NCBI RefSeq assembly: GCF_964355755.1
Contig: NC_092670.1
Location: 176,201 to 240,200, forward strand
Source of the DNA: Antedon mediterranea
Lineage: Eukaryota; Animalia; Echinodermata
Reading direction: 5' to 3'
DNA: 64,000 nt
The position numbers were made by a program, and so were the translations under genes. The first letter of the stretch is position 1; every line of letters starts with the position of its first letter. Below, in pieces: positions 12,980 through 25,593 of the stretch. The notes under the pieces are model-generated. The model saw nothing but the letters and a program-made list of their open reading frames with translations, was not told where the DNA came from and searched no databases.

Positions 12980-14538
12980 CAGTCAACTCTCCCAATACCG
13001 GACTCTCCCAAAACCGGAATTCACGGAAAACCGGACTTTTTTGGAGGGCCCAATTTGTCCCAATTCTAAATGTACTGTAATTTATTATGAAAACCGGAAT
13101 ACCCAATTCCGGAATCCGGACAAATTATGAAGTTTAATAATTTTAATAATCTGTTTTAATCTGAACATATGTATATTTTAAAGATATTTTCTTAATTCTA
13201 TCTTTTTAAATTAACAATTTTTTATAAAAACCCATTGCTGAATTTTATAGTTTTATCTCAATTTTAATAGAATCCATGTATTATTCATTTTATGTAAGTA
13301 TTTTGATGTGGAGAGCCTCTCGACGGTTATTTTTATTTATAACTTTTAGGTTATCCGGCCTCATTGACTTACTTTTGTATTGTTTTTTTTTTTTGTACTG
13401 TTCTCTATATTGGCGAAATAAATGATATGATATGATATGATATAAGTACAAAACACGAAAATTAGCGTCTGAAAACCGGACTGACAGTTAAAAAACTCCA
13501 AATATTTACGAAAACAACGTAACATCGTCGTCGCTGACTCGGATTCAATACATTTACAATGTACAAAAGCTTTTAACCATACCCTGACCGGACCATGCAT
13601 GAAGGCGCGACGTTTCGCGGTACGATCAAATAATGTTGCCATGGAGCGCTACACTGTGATTGACAGGTCAGTTCATTGTTAACCCACGAAGCAGCAATTG
13701 CTTTGTTGCGTATCGAACTGCGGTGAACAACTCCCTGTTTTTTAGCATATGAATTGTTTTTTAATAAAGTTCAATTTACATTCCACTTTGTGTCTATGTT
13801 TTGTTTAAATTATTGTTTAATAATAGGACTTTAAAAAGGAATGTTTCTGACACTAAAAATGTGCATCATTATAAATTTGGAAATCATTATGGCAAAATGT
13901 AAACGGAATGAACTTGACTTAACTAGTGTTAATAAACTTTGAAATGTTACCAATTAATTATTGTGGCATTATTGCTTGGCTCGTTTATTGCTATCAAATT
14001 ACGTCAAAATAAAGGAGCTTAAAAAACATGTGGTCTAAGTGTGGGTGTTTTTATTTGATTATGACACTTCTGCACATGCGTATCAATCAAAGCCCCGCTC
14101 TGCTATTTTTATCACCCATGCTGCTGCTAGCAGCTCGCGATAAACAAATGACCAAAATTATGTTCACCGTACGTACGTAGGCCTAGCCTGGGCCTTTTTG
14201 CCGCTAAAAACACATTGAGAAACAATAATTTACTACTGTAACATGTTTTATTGGTACAGTAAATAATGTAACTTTTAAAAAAGGTAAATTGATTAGCTTA
14301 ATATTAATAAAGTAGGCCTAGACCTATCAGTATTTATTTAATTAAAACTAGCTTGACACAATCATAGCCTAGGCCTTCCCTACGCTAGACCGTACCGCGG
14401 GCAGCATTCGGACCGGTGATTCAAAGCATTTTCAGTGACAACGTGATGACTTTAAAAATGTTTTCAGGAAACCGGACTTTCGAAAAACCGGAAAATATAT
14501 GCCCGCCCAAGGGTGTCCGGTATTGGGAGAGTTGACTG
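12980..14538 (+). mobile_element. Internally deleted Tigger/pogo-like Tc1-mariner element (1559 bp) in the last STX8 intron
   Basis: Perfect 24-bp TIRs cagtcaactctcccaataccggac / gtccggtattgggagagttgactg, TA on both sides, and many subterminal accgga repeats. Confidence 0.92.
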
Positions 14539-15033
14539 TACTAGTATTTCTGAGTATATCAAGAGAAGTGGGTTCTCTTCTCACTCTTTTTCTTCCACCA
14601 GCAAATGAAAACATTCACAAATCTGTATCGAAGGAAAGCTTTTCTCTTAAATATTATCACTTTTTATTCCCAAATCAATAATACTGCTTTTACATCTTTT
14701 TTAATTTGTCGGTTTTTTTCTGTTTGTAACCATTTTTTAGCATTTTTTTTTAACTTTTGGACTTCCCATCACAAGCTTTTGCTTTTTCGGTCTTTTGCCC
14801 TCCTTTTTTTCCCACATTAAAATTATTCAGTATGTTTTGTATTTTTCAAAGAAGAAAATAAATTTTTACCTGAAATGAATGTGTGTTGTGTTTGGAAACT
14901 TCCCATATTGCAACTTGTTAGTGATTTTTTCAAATTTAGCCCAAATACAAATATTTATAAAATATTGTATTAATTACAATTTAGAAATTGATATTTAAAA
15001 CTACTAAGTAGTTTTGTTGTTTTTTTCTTGCAG

Positions 15034-15101
15034 CATATTTGGTTATTATTGTTGGTCTTCTCATTGCTATTGTCGTCATAATAGCAATTCCTACATCATA
15101 G
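15034..15101 (+). CDS. STX8: Syntaxin-8 last coding exon (C-terminal transmembrane anchor and TAG stop)
   Basis: Acceptor ttttttcttgcag. In frame with the previous exon it reads (T)YLVIIVGLLIAIVVIIAIPTS*, a hydrophobic tail anchor like human GMIMVILLLLVAIVVVAVWPTN*. 68 coding bp. Confidence 0.88.
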
Positions 15102-15476
15102 TGTTCAGAGACCAGTTTTACATTCCATGTGGTGGCACAATATTGACTTGACTCCAGGTGTCCAATGTTTTAAATAAGATCCAGGTGACAATTATACAGA
15201 TGTTATTTAAGAAGATAGTTGTTTTTTTTTCTGGAAAGAATATCTTGATTTGTAGCATACCATGTACAACCCACTGTCTTCTCTTTTTCCAAGCGAAAAA
15301 CCCCAATGTAAGCACCCATTTTATTTTATTTTTGTAAAATTAAAATCTGAATATAATATATTTAAGAAGCATTAAATCATCCATGCTTTATGTAAACTTT
15401 TTATTATTTAATGACAAATGTTTTGATATACATAGTACAGAAAAATGGTGAACATAAATCATGTAATATATGGATT

Positions 15477-15482
15477 AATAAA
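15477..15482 (+). terminator. Candidate polyadenylation signal of STX8
   Basis: AATAAA about 375 bp after the stop, followed by GU-rich gtctgttagtgttttg. A second AATAAA lies near 15568, so the site actually used is uncertain. Confidence 0.45.
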
Positions 15483-16715
15483 AATGTATACTTGAGTCTG
15501 TTAGTGTTTGATTGATGGTAACAAAGGAACTTGGGAGAGACTTATAGTTGCAACAAATTGTAATTTAATAAATTCATGCCATGCTTGTTTTAAAATTGGT
15601 TTCATAAACTGTATTATTTATTTCTATTTCAAAGGTAAATGATTCCTCACACACACAGAATAATGTACATGTTTTTCCATTCCATTACTTTACACCTTTT
15701 ATTCTCTGGTTGCTCACTACTGGACTATTGGATTAAACTACACATACACACCTTTGTTTTATCTTTATGTTTAGAGATAACAATTGCTTCAACCAAGCCC
15801 TACCAAGCCCTGTCGATTATAACCAAGCCCTACCACCAGTATAAAGTGTAAATTATATATTTATATATAGTTAGAGTGTTAATTGCCTATATCATCTGCA
15901 TTAATAAATATAACCGAAGAAAGGATTGACAATGGTAATTATACAGAGGACTACTAATGCTTGAACTAAAAAAAAACTGTTACATCATCTTTATTGGTAC
16001 TTATATATCGTGCAGCACCTAGCGAGATCAGTATTCTCCCATACGATTTACATGCAGTGTGCTGTTATGTTTTTTAGCTGTGCACTTTTTGCACTCCAGT
16101 GGATGATAGTAAAAAAAGAGCACACATGTGACTCCATGGATACACACATTACTGCTGGTGTACTCTATGATACAATATACATACCTTTCATATTGTATTA
16201 TTTTGTTAAATTTTACCTCATTTTTGACTGATTTGAAGTTTATACATCCTTTATTTACACTAATATTGAATTATTATTGAATTAAACTGCTTAAGAACAT
16301 TATTTATAATAACTGTTCCGGTAGAGATTTGCACGTGGTAAATAATGTATTATAATGCTCATAATGTACAATTAATCTTGACATTTACAGTTATTCATAA
16401 TTGATTTATTTAATAATTGGGAATGCAAAATATTATAGTTTATTATTATTGATAGCTTTCACAGGAAATGCAAGCCACAAACCAGTGAATTGTAACGGTG
16501 ATTGCGTCAATCGGACACAGTTTGCGATTATTTTACACTTTCTCTATTCCAGCTTTCCTGTCTTGACAGATATACTAGTGTGTATTTCCAACAGTGTTAT
16601 TTGTGCTGTTCGTGAACACAAAAGGTCATTTGCATTTTTTTGGGCAAGTTTAAAAGAAAAGGGGCATTGTCTAGTGGACAATTTTTAAATAAAACAAATG
16701 TAAAATGAAGTGCTG

Positions 16716-16811
16716 AACTAAACCTAAAGACCACAGCTAAACTAAACCTAAAGACCACAGCTAAACTAAACCTAAAGACCACAGCTAAACTAAACCTAAA
16801 GACCACAGCTA
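16716..16811. repeat. 24-bp tandem repeat x4
   Basis: Unit aactaaacctaaagaccacagcta. Confidence 0.93.
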
Positions 16812-16879
16812 ATATTTGGCATTGAAAGTTTTTGAGGACAATGGAAAATACTACAACATGTAAAACAACATAAGACAAT

Positions 16880-17003
16880 AATGAAAACATTTCTTCTGGT
16901 TTCGATTCGTATAATCTGAAGAAGTCAAACTGACAGCTGACGAAACTGTCTTGCCAACGTAATTTTTATTGGTTTACTATCAAAGAACTACTTATATCAT
17001 TAT
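16880..17003 (+). mobile_element. Short Penelope-like insertion with a degenerate hammerhead ribozyme core
   Basis: Flanked by the 13-bp direct repeat aacataagacaat (16867-16879, 17004-17016). Contains CTGAAGA-A-GTCA-n10-TGAC-GAAA-CTGTC (16916-16950). Confidence 0.55.
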
Positions 17004-17408
17004 AACATAAGACAATGTTATAGTAATACTGTATAAATTAGAATAGGGTTATTGGCTTATACCTAATGTTTATACTGGCCTATTGGCTAATTCCTGAGAG
17101 TGATCTTAGTTTGTGACAATGACAAATTCACCACAGCTTCCGTATATAAATGTTTAATGTGTCTCATTTCTTGTTATCTCATCTTTTTAATAGAAGTTCT
17201 CATCATTAAAATAAGATCTGAAGATTATGTACAAGACCCACAATGTCCCCTGCTGCTCATGTCCCTAATCGCATCATGTTCATCTTGTTTCTTAGTGGTA
17301 ACAAAACTTGTTTTTGTCCATCACTGACTTTTTAAAATCTTTTTGTTTTATATCCACTGAATCAAATTCGGTTTGTATTTACAATGTAAAAATATACTGT
17401 AGCATATA

Positions 17409-17557
17409 CAAGGCTGTAGCGAGAGGTTAAAAACAGATGAGGCAAAGATGCTTTAAATACAATTATTAATATAATATAACGATCTGTGCTGGGGAATTGG
17501 GGTGGATGGTGAAAATTCCAGCTTCACCTTGTCTGCCTCATGCTGGCTACGGCCCTG
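17409..17557. mobile_element. Old hAT-like MITE
   Basis: Imperfect TIRs caaggctgtagcga / tggctacggccctg, flanked by atata on both sides (possible TSD). Confidence 0.5.
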
Positions 17558-18453
17558 ATATAGCTCTTTTAGCATCATGGGGCATCATCTTATATAAATT
17601 CTCACACAACTGCTTTCCATTTATAGTTTTCTATCTTAACATTACAAGATCCATACCTACATCAGAGCTCTACATAACACATGAATGAACTACTTCTTTT
17701 CAAACCACCTGTGTTTATTTATATAATATTTTCAGTTTGTTGTTGTCCCTCACATGTTGCTTAATATCACAGCCCTACATAACACTTGATGGTTTAACTA
17801 CTTCTTTTCAAACCACCTGTGTTTATTCTTGCAATTATGAAAACCAAATATTGAATTTAGAAACATCCATTTCTCGCTTCTGAAATCGTAATTAATCAAC
17901 TTGTATGAATAATTTGCACAAGGTTTATTTATAGTTATATGGCTTTAAATGATGTATTAATCCCCATGGACATTTAGAAACTATTTGCATTTATTACTGT
18001 AGTTATGTTTGCTAAATTATTTACTTCTTCTCGTCGATAAGTCAATTTGTTGCGAACATAACAGATTTTAAAAGATTAATCGGCTTCATCCTGAATTGTA
18101 TTAACCTCTTGTTTCACATTAATTTATCAAATGTCAAAATCATGTCAAATTGTCCTTGCAGTAATATTGTGTTGAATTTATAACAAGTTGGATTATATAA
18201 GTATTGAAAATGTGTTTTAACATGTTAATAATGTTTTTATTGTTACAGTCATGCATCGTGTATTGTCCCGATATACAGTACGGTAGTTGTACATTCTGGT
18301 CACCTTCGCATACTTCTTCCAATTTTTAGACCACTTCTATGTTGTCCATTGCCCTTAAAAATCTTAGTTATATTTAGCAAAATCCTAATCCCCTGACACT
18401 ACATACAAACAAGATCATTTTTTGTAGTATAAAAATAAAAAAAATTGAAAATA

Positions 18454-20004
18454 CTAGATGGCACGCTCGCTTCGCTCGCGTACCATCTAGGTCGTGCCCA
18501 CAGATGGTTCTCGAATACACAGTATTTCCAGCGAGAAAAAAATGGAGATTTCAAATGTACGTACCGCAGGACTATAATACATTGTCGTTTACAGAAACGA
18601 ATAAATATACACAATGATTTATGTAGTCAACCAAAATTAGCACCCTGGGAATTACTTCCGAGAGAGAAACAAATTTTTTTATTTGGACTCATTTAAACAA
18701 ACCCAATTTGTGTTTTGTATGTAACATTAAGGGTTGAGGGATGGGGGAAGAAGATAGGTACAAAGAGGAAACATTTTAAAATATATTCTTATCCACTCAG
18801 TAACGAAATATTGTTTTTAATGTTTTATAGGCCTATAAATAATATACCACTAAATACAGTAAAACATTTACGATTTAATACGGTACTTTGTTAAAACTCT
18901 CACTGTCATAGTCGATTGAAATAGTAAAGTACATGTAACGATACACCACTACGACGTTTATATATTTTTAAATTATTAATTAATACAAACGTTGAGAAGC
19001 AACTGTCAGTAATAACGTTTATTTATTTGTATATTATATGTTTATAATCTAACAGTAGGGCCTACCCACACTCACAGTAATAAAGTTTATTTGTATATAT
19101 TTTTATATTACATCTAACAGTACCAACACTCACAGTAAGAAATTTGCTATTCAAATTGCGATCAAAAGTGGTTAATACCTTAATAACAGTATTGTACAGC
19201 ATTGCAATACTATTTATGTTTATTCTCCAAGGGGGCCCATAAATCTAAATCTATACCTCTATGGTTAAACCAAATAATTTAGAATGTTTATTTGTATATT
19301 ATATGTTTATAATCTAACAGTAGGGCCTACCCACACTCACAGTAATAAAGTTTATTTGTATATATTTTTATATTACATCTAACAGTACCAACACTCACAG
19401 TAAGACATTTGCGATTCAAATTGCGATCAAAAGTGGTTAATACCTTAACAGTATTGTACAGCATTGCAATACTATTTATGTTTATTCTCCAAGGAGGCCC
19501 ATAAATCTAAATCTATACCTGTATGGTTAAACCAAATAATTTGGAATGTTCCATTCATCACAAATCAATACATTTGTAAAAACGTATATTAAATGTATCA
19601 AAATAGTATTTTTTAAAGAAAATCGGCCTGTCTTCAACATTATGATGCTGTACTCGAACTGTTCAACCGGTTTTCAGCTATTAAAAACAATTATCGTAGG
19701 AGGAGATAGAAAAATGCGAAGCCTCCTCGCATTTTTGTGGCGGGTATTTTTCAAGATGGACATCCATTAGACAGTGTATACCACGATCGGAAAACACCCC
19801 TATTTGGGGCAAATCTTTGAACCTAAATTCGTTTTAATCGTCAATAACTAATTATCTAACTTAATTTAATTAGTAAACAGGGTTACATCAGGTGGTTAAA
19901 ATCAGTACCGAAAGTACGAACCAACTTTACATACCATCGAGTAAAAATTCTAAAAGTAAGGCGCGATTTACCGAATTTTGCCCTTACGTAAATTTATATA
20001 TAGA
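18454..20004 (-). mobile_element. Non-autonomous Helitron (1551 bp)
   Basis: On the minus strand it begins A|TCTATATATAAA and ends with a GC-rich hairpin (ctagatggtacgcgagcgaagcgagcgtgccat) and CTAG|T. No TSD. Contains a tandem duplication of about 263 bp (about 19022-19550). Confidence 0.82.
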
Positions 20005-20584
20005 TTACCTCTAGAAATAAAAGTTTTTGACATGATTTTTGTTGATGTTTTTAATATCTTCCCAACTTATAGTTCACTGTTCCTTAGAGTCGTTTTTTGC
20101 TTTTCTATTTTCAAGCTTCTGCTTTCAATTACAGTTTACTATAAATTGAGCTGTGTGAATATACATATTACCAAGTCTGGTACGGCTTTAGATTTCTTAT
20201 TAAAAGGTGCATTTATATGGATTCCTAATAAAAAACCTCTTTTGTAATTCAACTCTTATCAAATTACATACTTTAAATACCGCATATTTAATGAAAAGAT
20301 TTGGGGTTTTTTTTAAATTGAAGATTTTATTACAAACTCTCAGTCATGTTTTTTAAACAGTTTTACTTTATTAATTCCTTTGGTGTGTATTTTAACCATT
20401 CAGGATCAATCTGTTTTTAATTGTACTAATATATATTTGCCAATCTTTAAGAAGAATTTCTATTATTATTTTATATGAAAATGAACTGAAAGCTTTATTC
20501 TATCCTGAAGCTTATTTTGACACCAGATACCAGTGAATATTGGATTTATATTTATTTAAAATTCATCTATATAAGTTGAAAAGT

Positions 20585-21510
20585 GGGTGTCACGAAACCT
20601 AAGACCACGAAAGCTAAGACCCCCTAAGACTTAGATCACGAAAGCTAAGACGTAGACCTAAGATTACAAATATTTATCTTTCGCACCTGCCTTGTATTTT
20701 AACTCCAACATTTATTCTGAATATCACACCTTAAAATTAGAACTTTTATGAAAAAGAATCACATAAAAAAAAAACAAATACATTTTTAAATTGATGATTT
20801 TACAGACGTTTTTCTCGCACACATACTGTTTGCGAATTTCACATGTTTTGTTTCTATGAAACGTCAAAAGAGCAAAAATTATATAGAGGGCTGAAAATTC
20901 TGTGGAGTCCATCTATTTTAACGCATTTTTTAGTGAAAATCAGTACGAAGGAATAAATACTCAAAAATAAATTTTAATTTAAAAATCATGATAATAGGTT
21001 TTTTGTTTCGTTTTCTTTCTGTTTTTATACTTGTACTATTATTGTTGCTCTTTTGGCGCTCCATAGAAACAAAAACATTGAGCATGGGGAGGAGTTACAG
21101 TAGGCCTATACAAAGAAACACGTCTGTAAAATCATCAATTTAAAGGATTTAATTATTTGTTTTTATGTGTTTCTCCTTCTTAAAGTACTTAAAAAGTCCT
21201 AATTTAGGATATTAGGTATTCAGGATAAAGTTGCTTAACAAATTTGGAGTCAAAATACAAGGCAGGTGCGAAAGAAAAACATCCTCTGAACCAACACAGT
21301 GGAGTAAATATATACCAACAAACAACCCGTCAAGTTTTTTTGTTGTAAAGAAAAAATATACTATGTTTAAAATTATGTATGTATGGATAAACAAGTATTG
21401 TTTTTTAAGCTGTAGTTTATCTTAGAATTTGTAGTCTTAGGTCCTAGCTTTCGTGATCTTAGGTCTTAGGGGGTCTTAGCTTTCGTGGTCTTAGGTTTCG
21501 TGACACCCAC
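20585..21510. mobile_element. Mutator-like (MULE) foldback MITE (926 bp)
   Basis: TIRs of about 85 bp starting gggtgtcacgaaacctaagaccacgaaagctaagacccc, with diverged inverted arms continuing inward. Near-perfect 9-bp flanking repeat ttgaaaagt / tcgaaaagt. Confidence 0.8.
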
Positions 21511-22214
21511 TCGAAAAGTTTAAAGACTAGTGTTTAGTATTAGATGGTGATTTAGTTTCCAGACTTTCAGTTTGAGAACCAATGATCAATCGTGGTTTCT
21601 TCAAAAGTAACACTTTCTTTTCAAAAGTTGACATTTAAATAGTAATGGAAATTCATTAATTCTAGAATAACTGATTTACGAAAGTAGACCAAGATAGTAC
21701 AGTGTTTATAGTGCAGAATTTATTTGAAATCTTAATACTGAATTATAAATGAGTATGATTGAGAAGAATAAACCTTTTCATAAAGCAAGAATACAAAGAA
21801 TCCAAACATGCAACTACAAAATAAGTAGAATTATTATTTGATGTTTTAACGATGAAAAGTAGGATGCTATAGTCAATCTTGTAACCAAGACATATACGAG
21901 TTAAATAATTGGAGTTTTGTCTTTTATTATGTCGTTGCGTGTTTTAATAGTAACTTAAACCATAATATATCATGTACTAAGTCTTAATTAAATTGTAATA
22001 AGTTTTTTTGTTTTTTTTCATTCATTTAAGAAGACTTTGGAGTAAAAAGTTTGCCTAAATGGTAGAAATAAACAAAAAATGTTGATGACAAAATGACTGT
22101 TTGAATTTAATAAAACAGTATGGAAAATTTTAGTTCATTACATTATTCTGCAACTAGTTGTAAGATTTCCAAAGTAGAGATATTTGCAGGAGGTTTAACA
22201 GAAGTTTCTTTGCA

Positions 22215-23566
22215 GTAACTGTTTAATGTAACTGACTGTTAAATGTAACTGACTGTTAAATGTAACTGACTGTTTAATGTAACTGACTGTTTAATGTAAC
22301 TGACTGTTTAATGTAACTGACTGTTTAATGTAACTGACTGTTTAATGTAACTGACTGTTTAATGTAACTGACTGTTTAATGTAACTGACTGTTTAATGTA
22401 ACTGACTGTTTAATGTAACTGACTGTTTAATGTAACTGACTGTTTAATGTAACTGACTGTTTAATGTAACTGACTGTTTAATGTAACTGACTGTTTAATG
22501 TAACTGACTGTTTAATGTAACTGACTGTTTAATGTAACTGACTGTTTAATGTAACTGACTGTTTAATGTAACTGACTGTTTAATGTAACTGACTGTGTAA
22601 TGTAACTGACTGTTAAATGTAACTGACTGTTAAATGTAACTGACTGTTTAATGTAACTGACTGTTTAATGTAACTGACTGTTTAATGTAACTGACTGTTT
22701 AATGTAACTGACTGTTTAATGTAACTGACTGTTTAATGTAACTGACTGTTTAATGTAACTGACTGTTTAATGTAACTGACTGTTTAATGTAACTGACTGT
22801 TTAATGTAACTGACTGTTTAATGTAACTGACTGTTTAATGTAACTGACTGTTTAATGTAACTGACTGTTTAATGTAACTGACTGTTTAATGTAACTGACT
22901 GTTTAATGTAACTGACTGTTTAATGTAACTGACTGTTTAATGTAACTGACTGTTTAATGTAACTGACTGTTTAATGTAACTGACTGTTTAATGTAACTGA
23001 CTGTTTAATGTAACTGACTGTTTAATGTAACTGACTGTTTAATGTAACTGACTGTTTAATGTAACTGACTGTTTAATGTAACTGACTGTTTAATGTAACT
23101 GACTGTTTAATGTAACTGACTGTTTAATGTAACTGACTGTTTAATGTAACTGACTGTTTAATGTAACTGACTGTTTAATGTAACTGACTGTTTAATGTAA
23201 CTGACTGTTAAATGTAACTGACTGTTAAATGTAACTGACTGTTTAATGTAACTGACTGTTTAATGTAACTGACTGTTAAATGTAACTGACTGTTAAATGT
23301 AACTTACTGTTTAATGTAACTGACTGTGTAATGTAACTGACTGTTTAATGTAACTGACTGTTTAATGTAACTGACTGTTTAATGTAACTGACTGTTTAAT
23401 GTAACTGACTGTTTAATGTAACTGACTGTTTAATGTAACTGACTGTTTAATGTAACTGACTGTTTAATGTAACTGACTGTTTAATGTAACTGACTGTTTA
23501 ATGTAACTGACTGTTTAATGTAACTGACTGTTTAATGTAACTAACTGTTTAATGTAACTGACTGTT
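22215..23566. repeat. 17-bp minisatellite, about 79 highly homogeneous copies, between the two gene 3' ends
   Basis: Unit gtaactgactgtttaat. Confidence 0.98.
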
Positions 23567-25279
23567 GTATGACAGGCTATTGGGTGTCTGTTTTGTTATT
23601 AAAATTTACTCTTTCTTAAACAAAGTCATAGATGTGTACTGAAAATCTTTGTTATTATTCTTTAAAATGAAAAGAAATATAATAGGTGGAGTTTATGTAA
23701 ATTAGCAAAAGAGGATGCAATTGGGAGGAGTTACAACATCACATTTCACATAATATGTCAATATGATTTATTTTATTAAAGCAGGAACATTTTTTTTCAC
23801 ACAGGAAGTTTTTAATCATGATTTCGCTATTTCGTCGGAAAGAAAGTCCCTATGTTGTTATAGTTAAACCTCATTTGAACCTTTCAGTTTCAAATTATCA
23901 CTTCATATCCATGTCAATATTTTTTGTAAATAATACAATTTTGTAAAATTTCTATTATATGTTTTTTAATTGTACAAGAAGAAAATTAATATATACATTT
24001 TTTTTAAACACTGAATACTCTTTTATAAATAATGCTTGGCTTATTTGTCTCTATGTAATTGTTTTCATATTGTTCTTACCAAATGTAACAATCAACCCCT
24101 ACTCTATCAACCCCACTCTCTGACGATGTGCACTTGTTCTCATGCTAAAATAATTGCCCTATATTCCCTACCCAATCTCTCTTGTTAACCGAATATGATC
24201 ATATCAACCCAACTCTCTTAAGTAAATAGATATTACAATATTTTACATCTATGAATTGGTGGGAATAAGAAGGTACTTTAATAACCTTTTAACTGCTTAA
24301 GTTGTATATATAAAGTCTATATAATTTATGCGATTCACTAAAAGTTTAAATAACTATATTCAACGTGAAAGCAGGCACTCCTCTTTCAATTATTGAAGCA
24401 AAATAATCTACAGACTTTTACATACAAAAACAACTGTACAACTTAGAATAGTATCATATGTTTGGTAGCTATACAAAGAATCTAAGAATACACCACTGCA
24501 AACCAAACACTAATGCCGGTTTTAAACCTGTTGATGCTTTTTATATTTAACTTAAAAATTTGGCTTAATAATTTATACAACCTGCCAACCACTTTATTTC
24601 CCCTGTATTCCAATTCTTGCCATAATATTGAATTAATGAAAATTATGCATGGACAATTTGTTTCAATAAATATTTGAAAATGTATCAATTTGTTCAGATT
24701 TATCTATTTGTAATGATGGATTAAAACATGACAAATTAACTTTCTTGTATTGTACACCAATCAACTAAACCATGATACACTGTGCATGCTCTTTAGCGTG
24801 TACATTTTAAATACTGTCTCAGATTCCATCCTTATACATTTTCACACACTTTAGTTTTACTGTATGTATTCGGCTTAAAACAATACAATTTTAAAAGTGG
24901 CATTATATTGGCTTTTAATTCAACTACTACCATACTAATATATTTTTGTAAATGTGTCTTTTTTTTTGTATTAAATAATACGCGCATAAAATATCAAGGT
25001 GGTTCAGCCCATAGCAACAGTATCACTGTTTAATGGACTTTTATTCCAAATAAGGAAAATGTACAAAAAAGCAGCAAGTTTTCATGGGAATAGGTTGCCA
25101 GGCTGTCTATTGTTATTTGGCAAATTTTACCTAATCCTATTTACAAATCCGTTCAATGCGGCAAAACTGCCAAAATTTTGTTTCATAAACCAGCTCTGTT
25201 CTGGAACGTATGCTCACAATAAAATAACATTATTTTGATAATATCAAACTTCTTCGTCAACTGTTTGTACATGGTCCTT

Positions 25280-25593
25280 CTAACACTCGTTTCTTCGTTC
25301 CTTTCGCTGGTATTTCCTGATCCGTCTGCTCCAATCATCTTGCCAAGGGATTACCACACTTTTATCATCAATGACAAGCCTGTTATCTTTACTATTTGTA
25401 TTACCTAGTATTAGGTAGTATCGGTTCAGTCGCATTTTCGGACACTTGCATGCTAAATCTTTCTTACTGACATAGAGGGCGATGTCACCACGGCGCATTC
25501 GTGTTTGCCCTTTCTTGTAGATGGATATTACATTGATTGTAAATTTCACCCATTCTCCCATGTTTTCTCTTGATAGAATATGTGCATGAATAG
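25280..25593 (-). CDS. NTN1: Netrin last coding exon, NTR/C345C domain and TAG stop
   Basis: Acceptor attcttttttcag, then (A)IHAHILSRENMGEWVKFTINVISIYKKGQTRMRRGDIALYVSKKDLACKCPKMRLNRYYLILG...WQDDWSRRIRKYQRKERRNEC*, with the RRGD and ACKCPK motifs of netrin-1. Confidence 0.96.

Noticed and set aside
23767-25045. Netrin polyadenylation site
   Set aside because: Several minus-strand AATAAA candidates exist (near 25040, 24593 and 23770), and sequence alone cannot choose among them.
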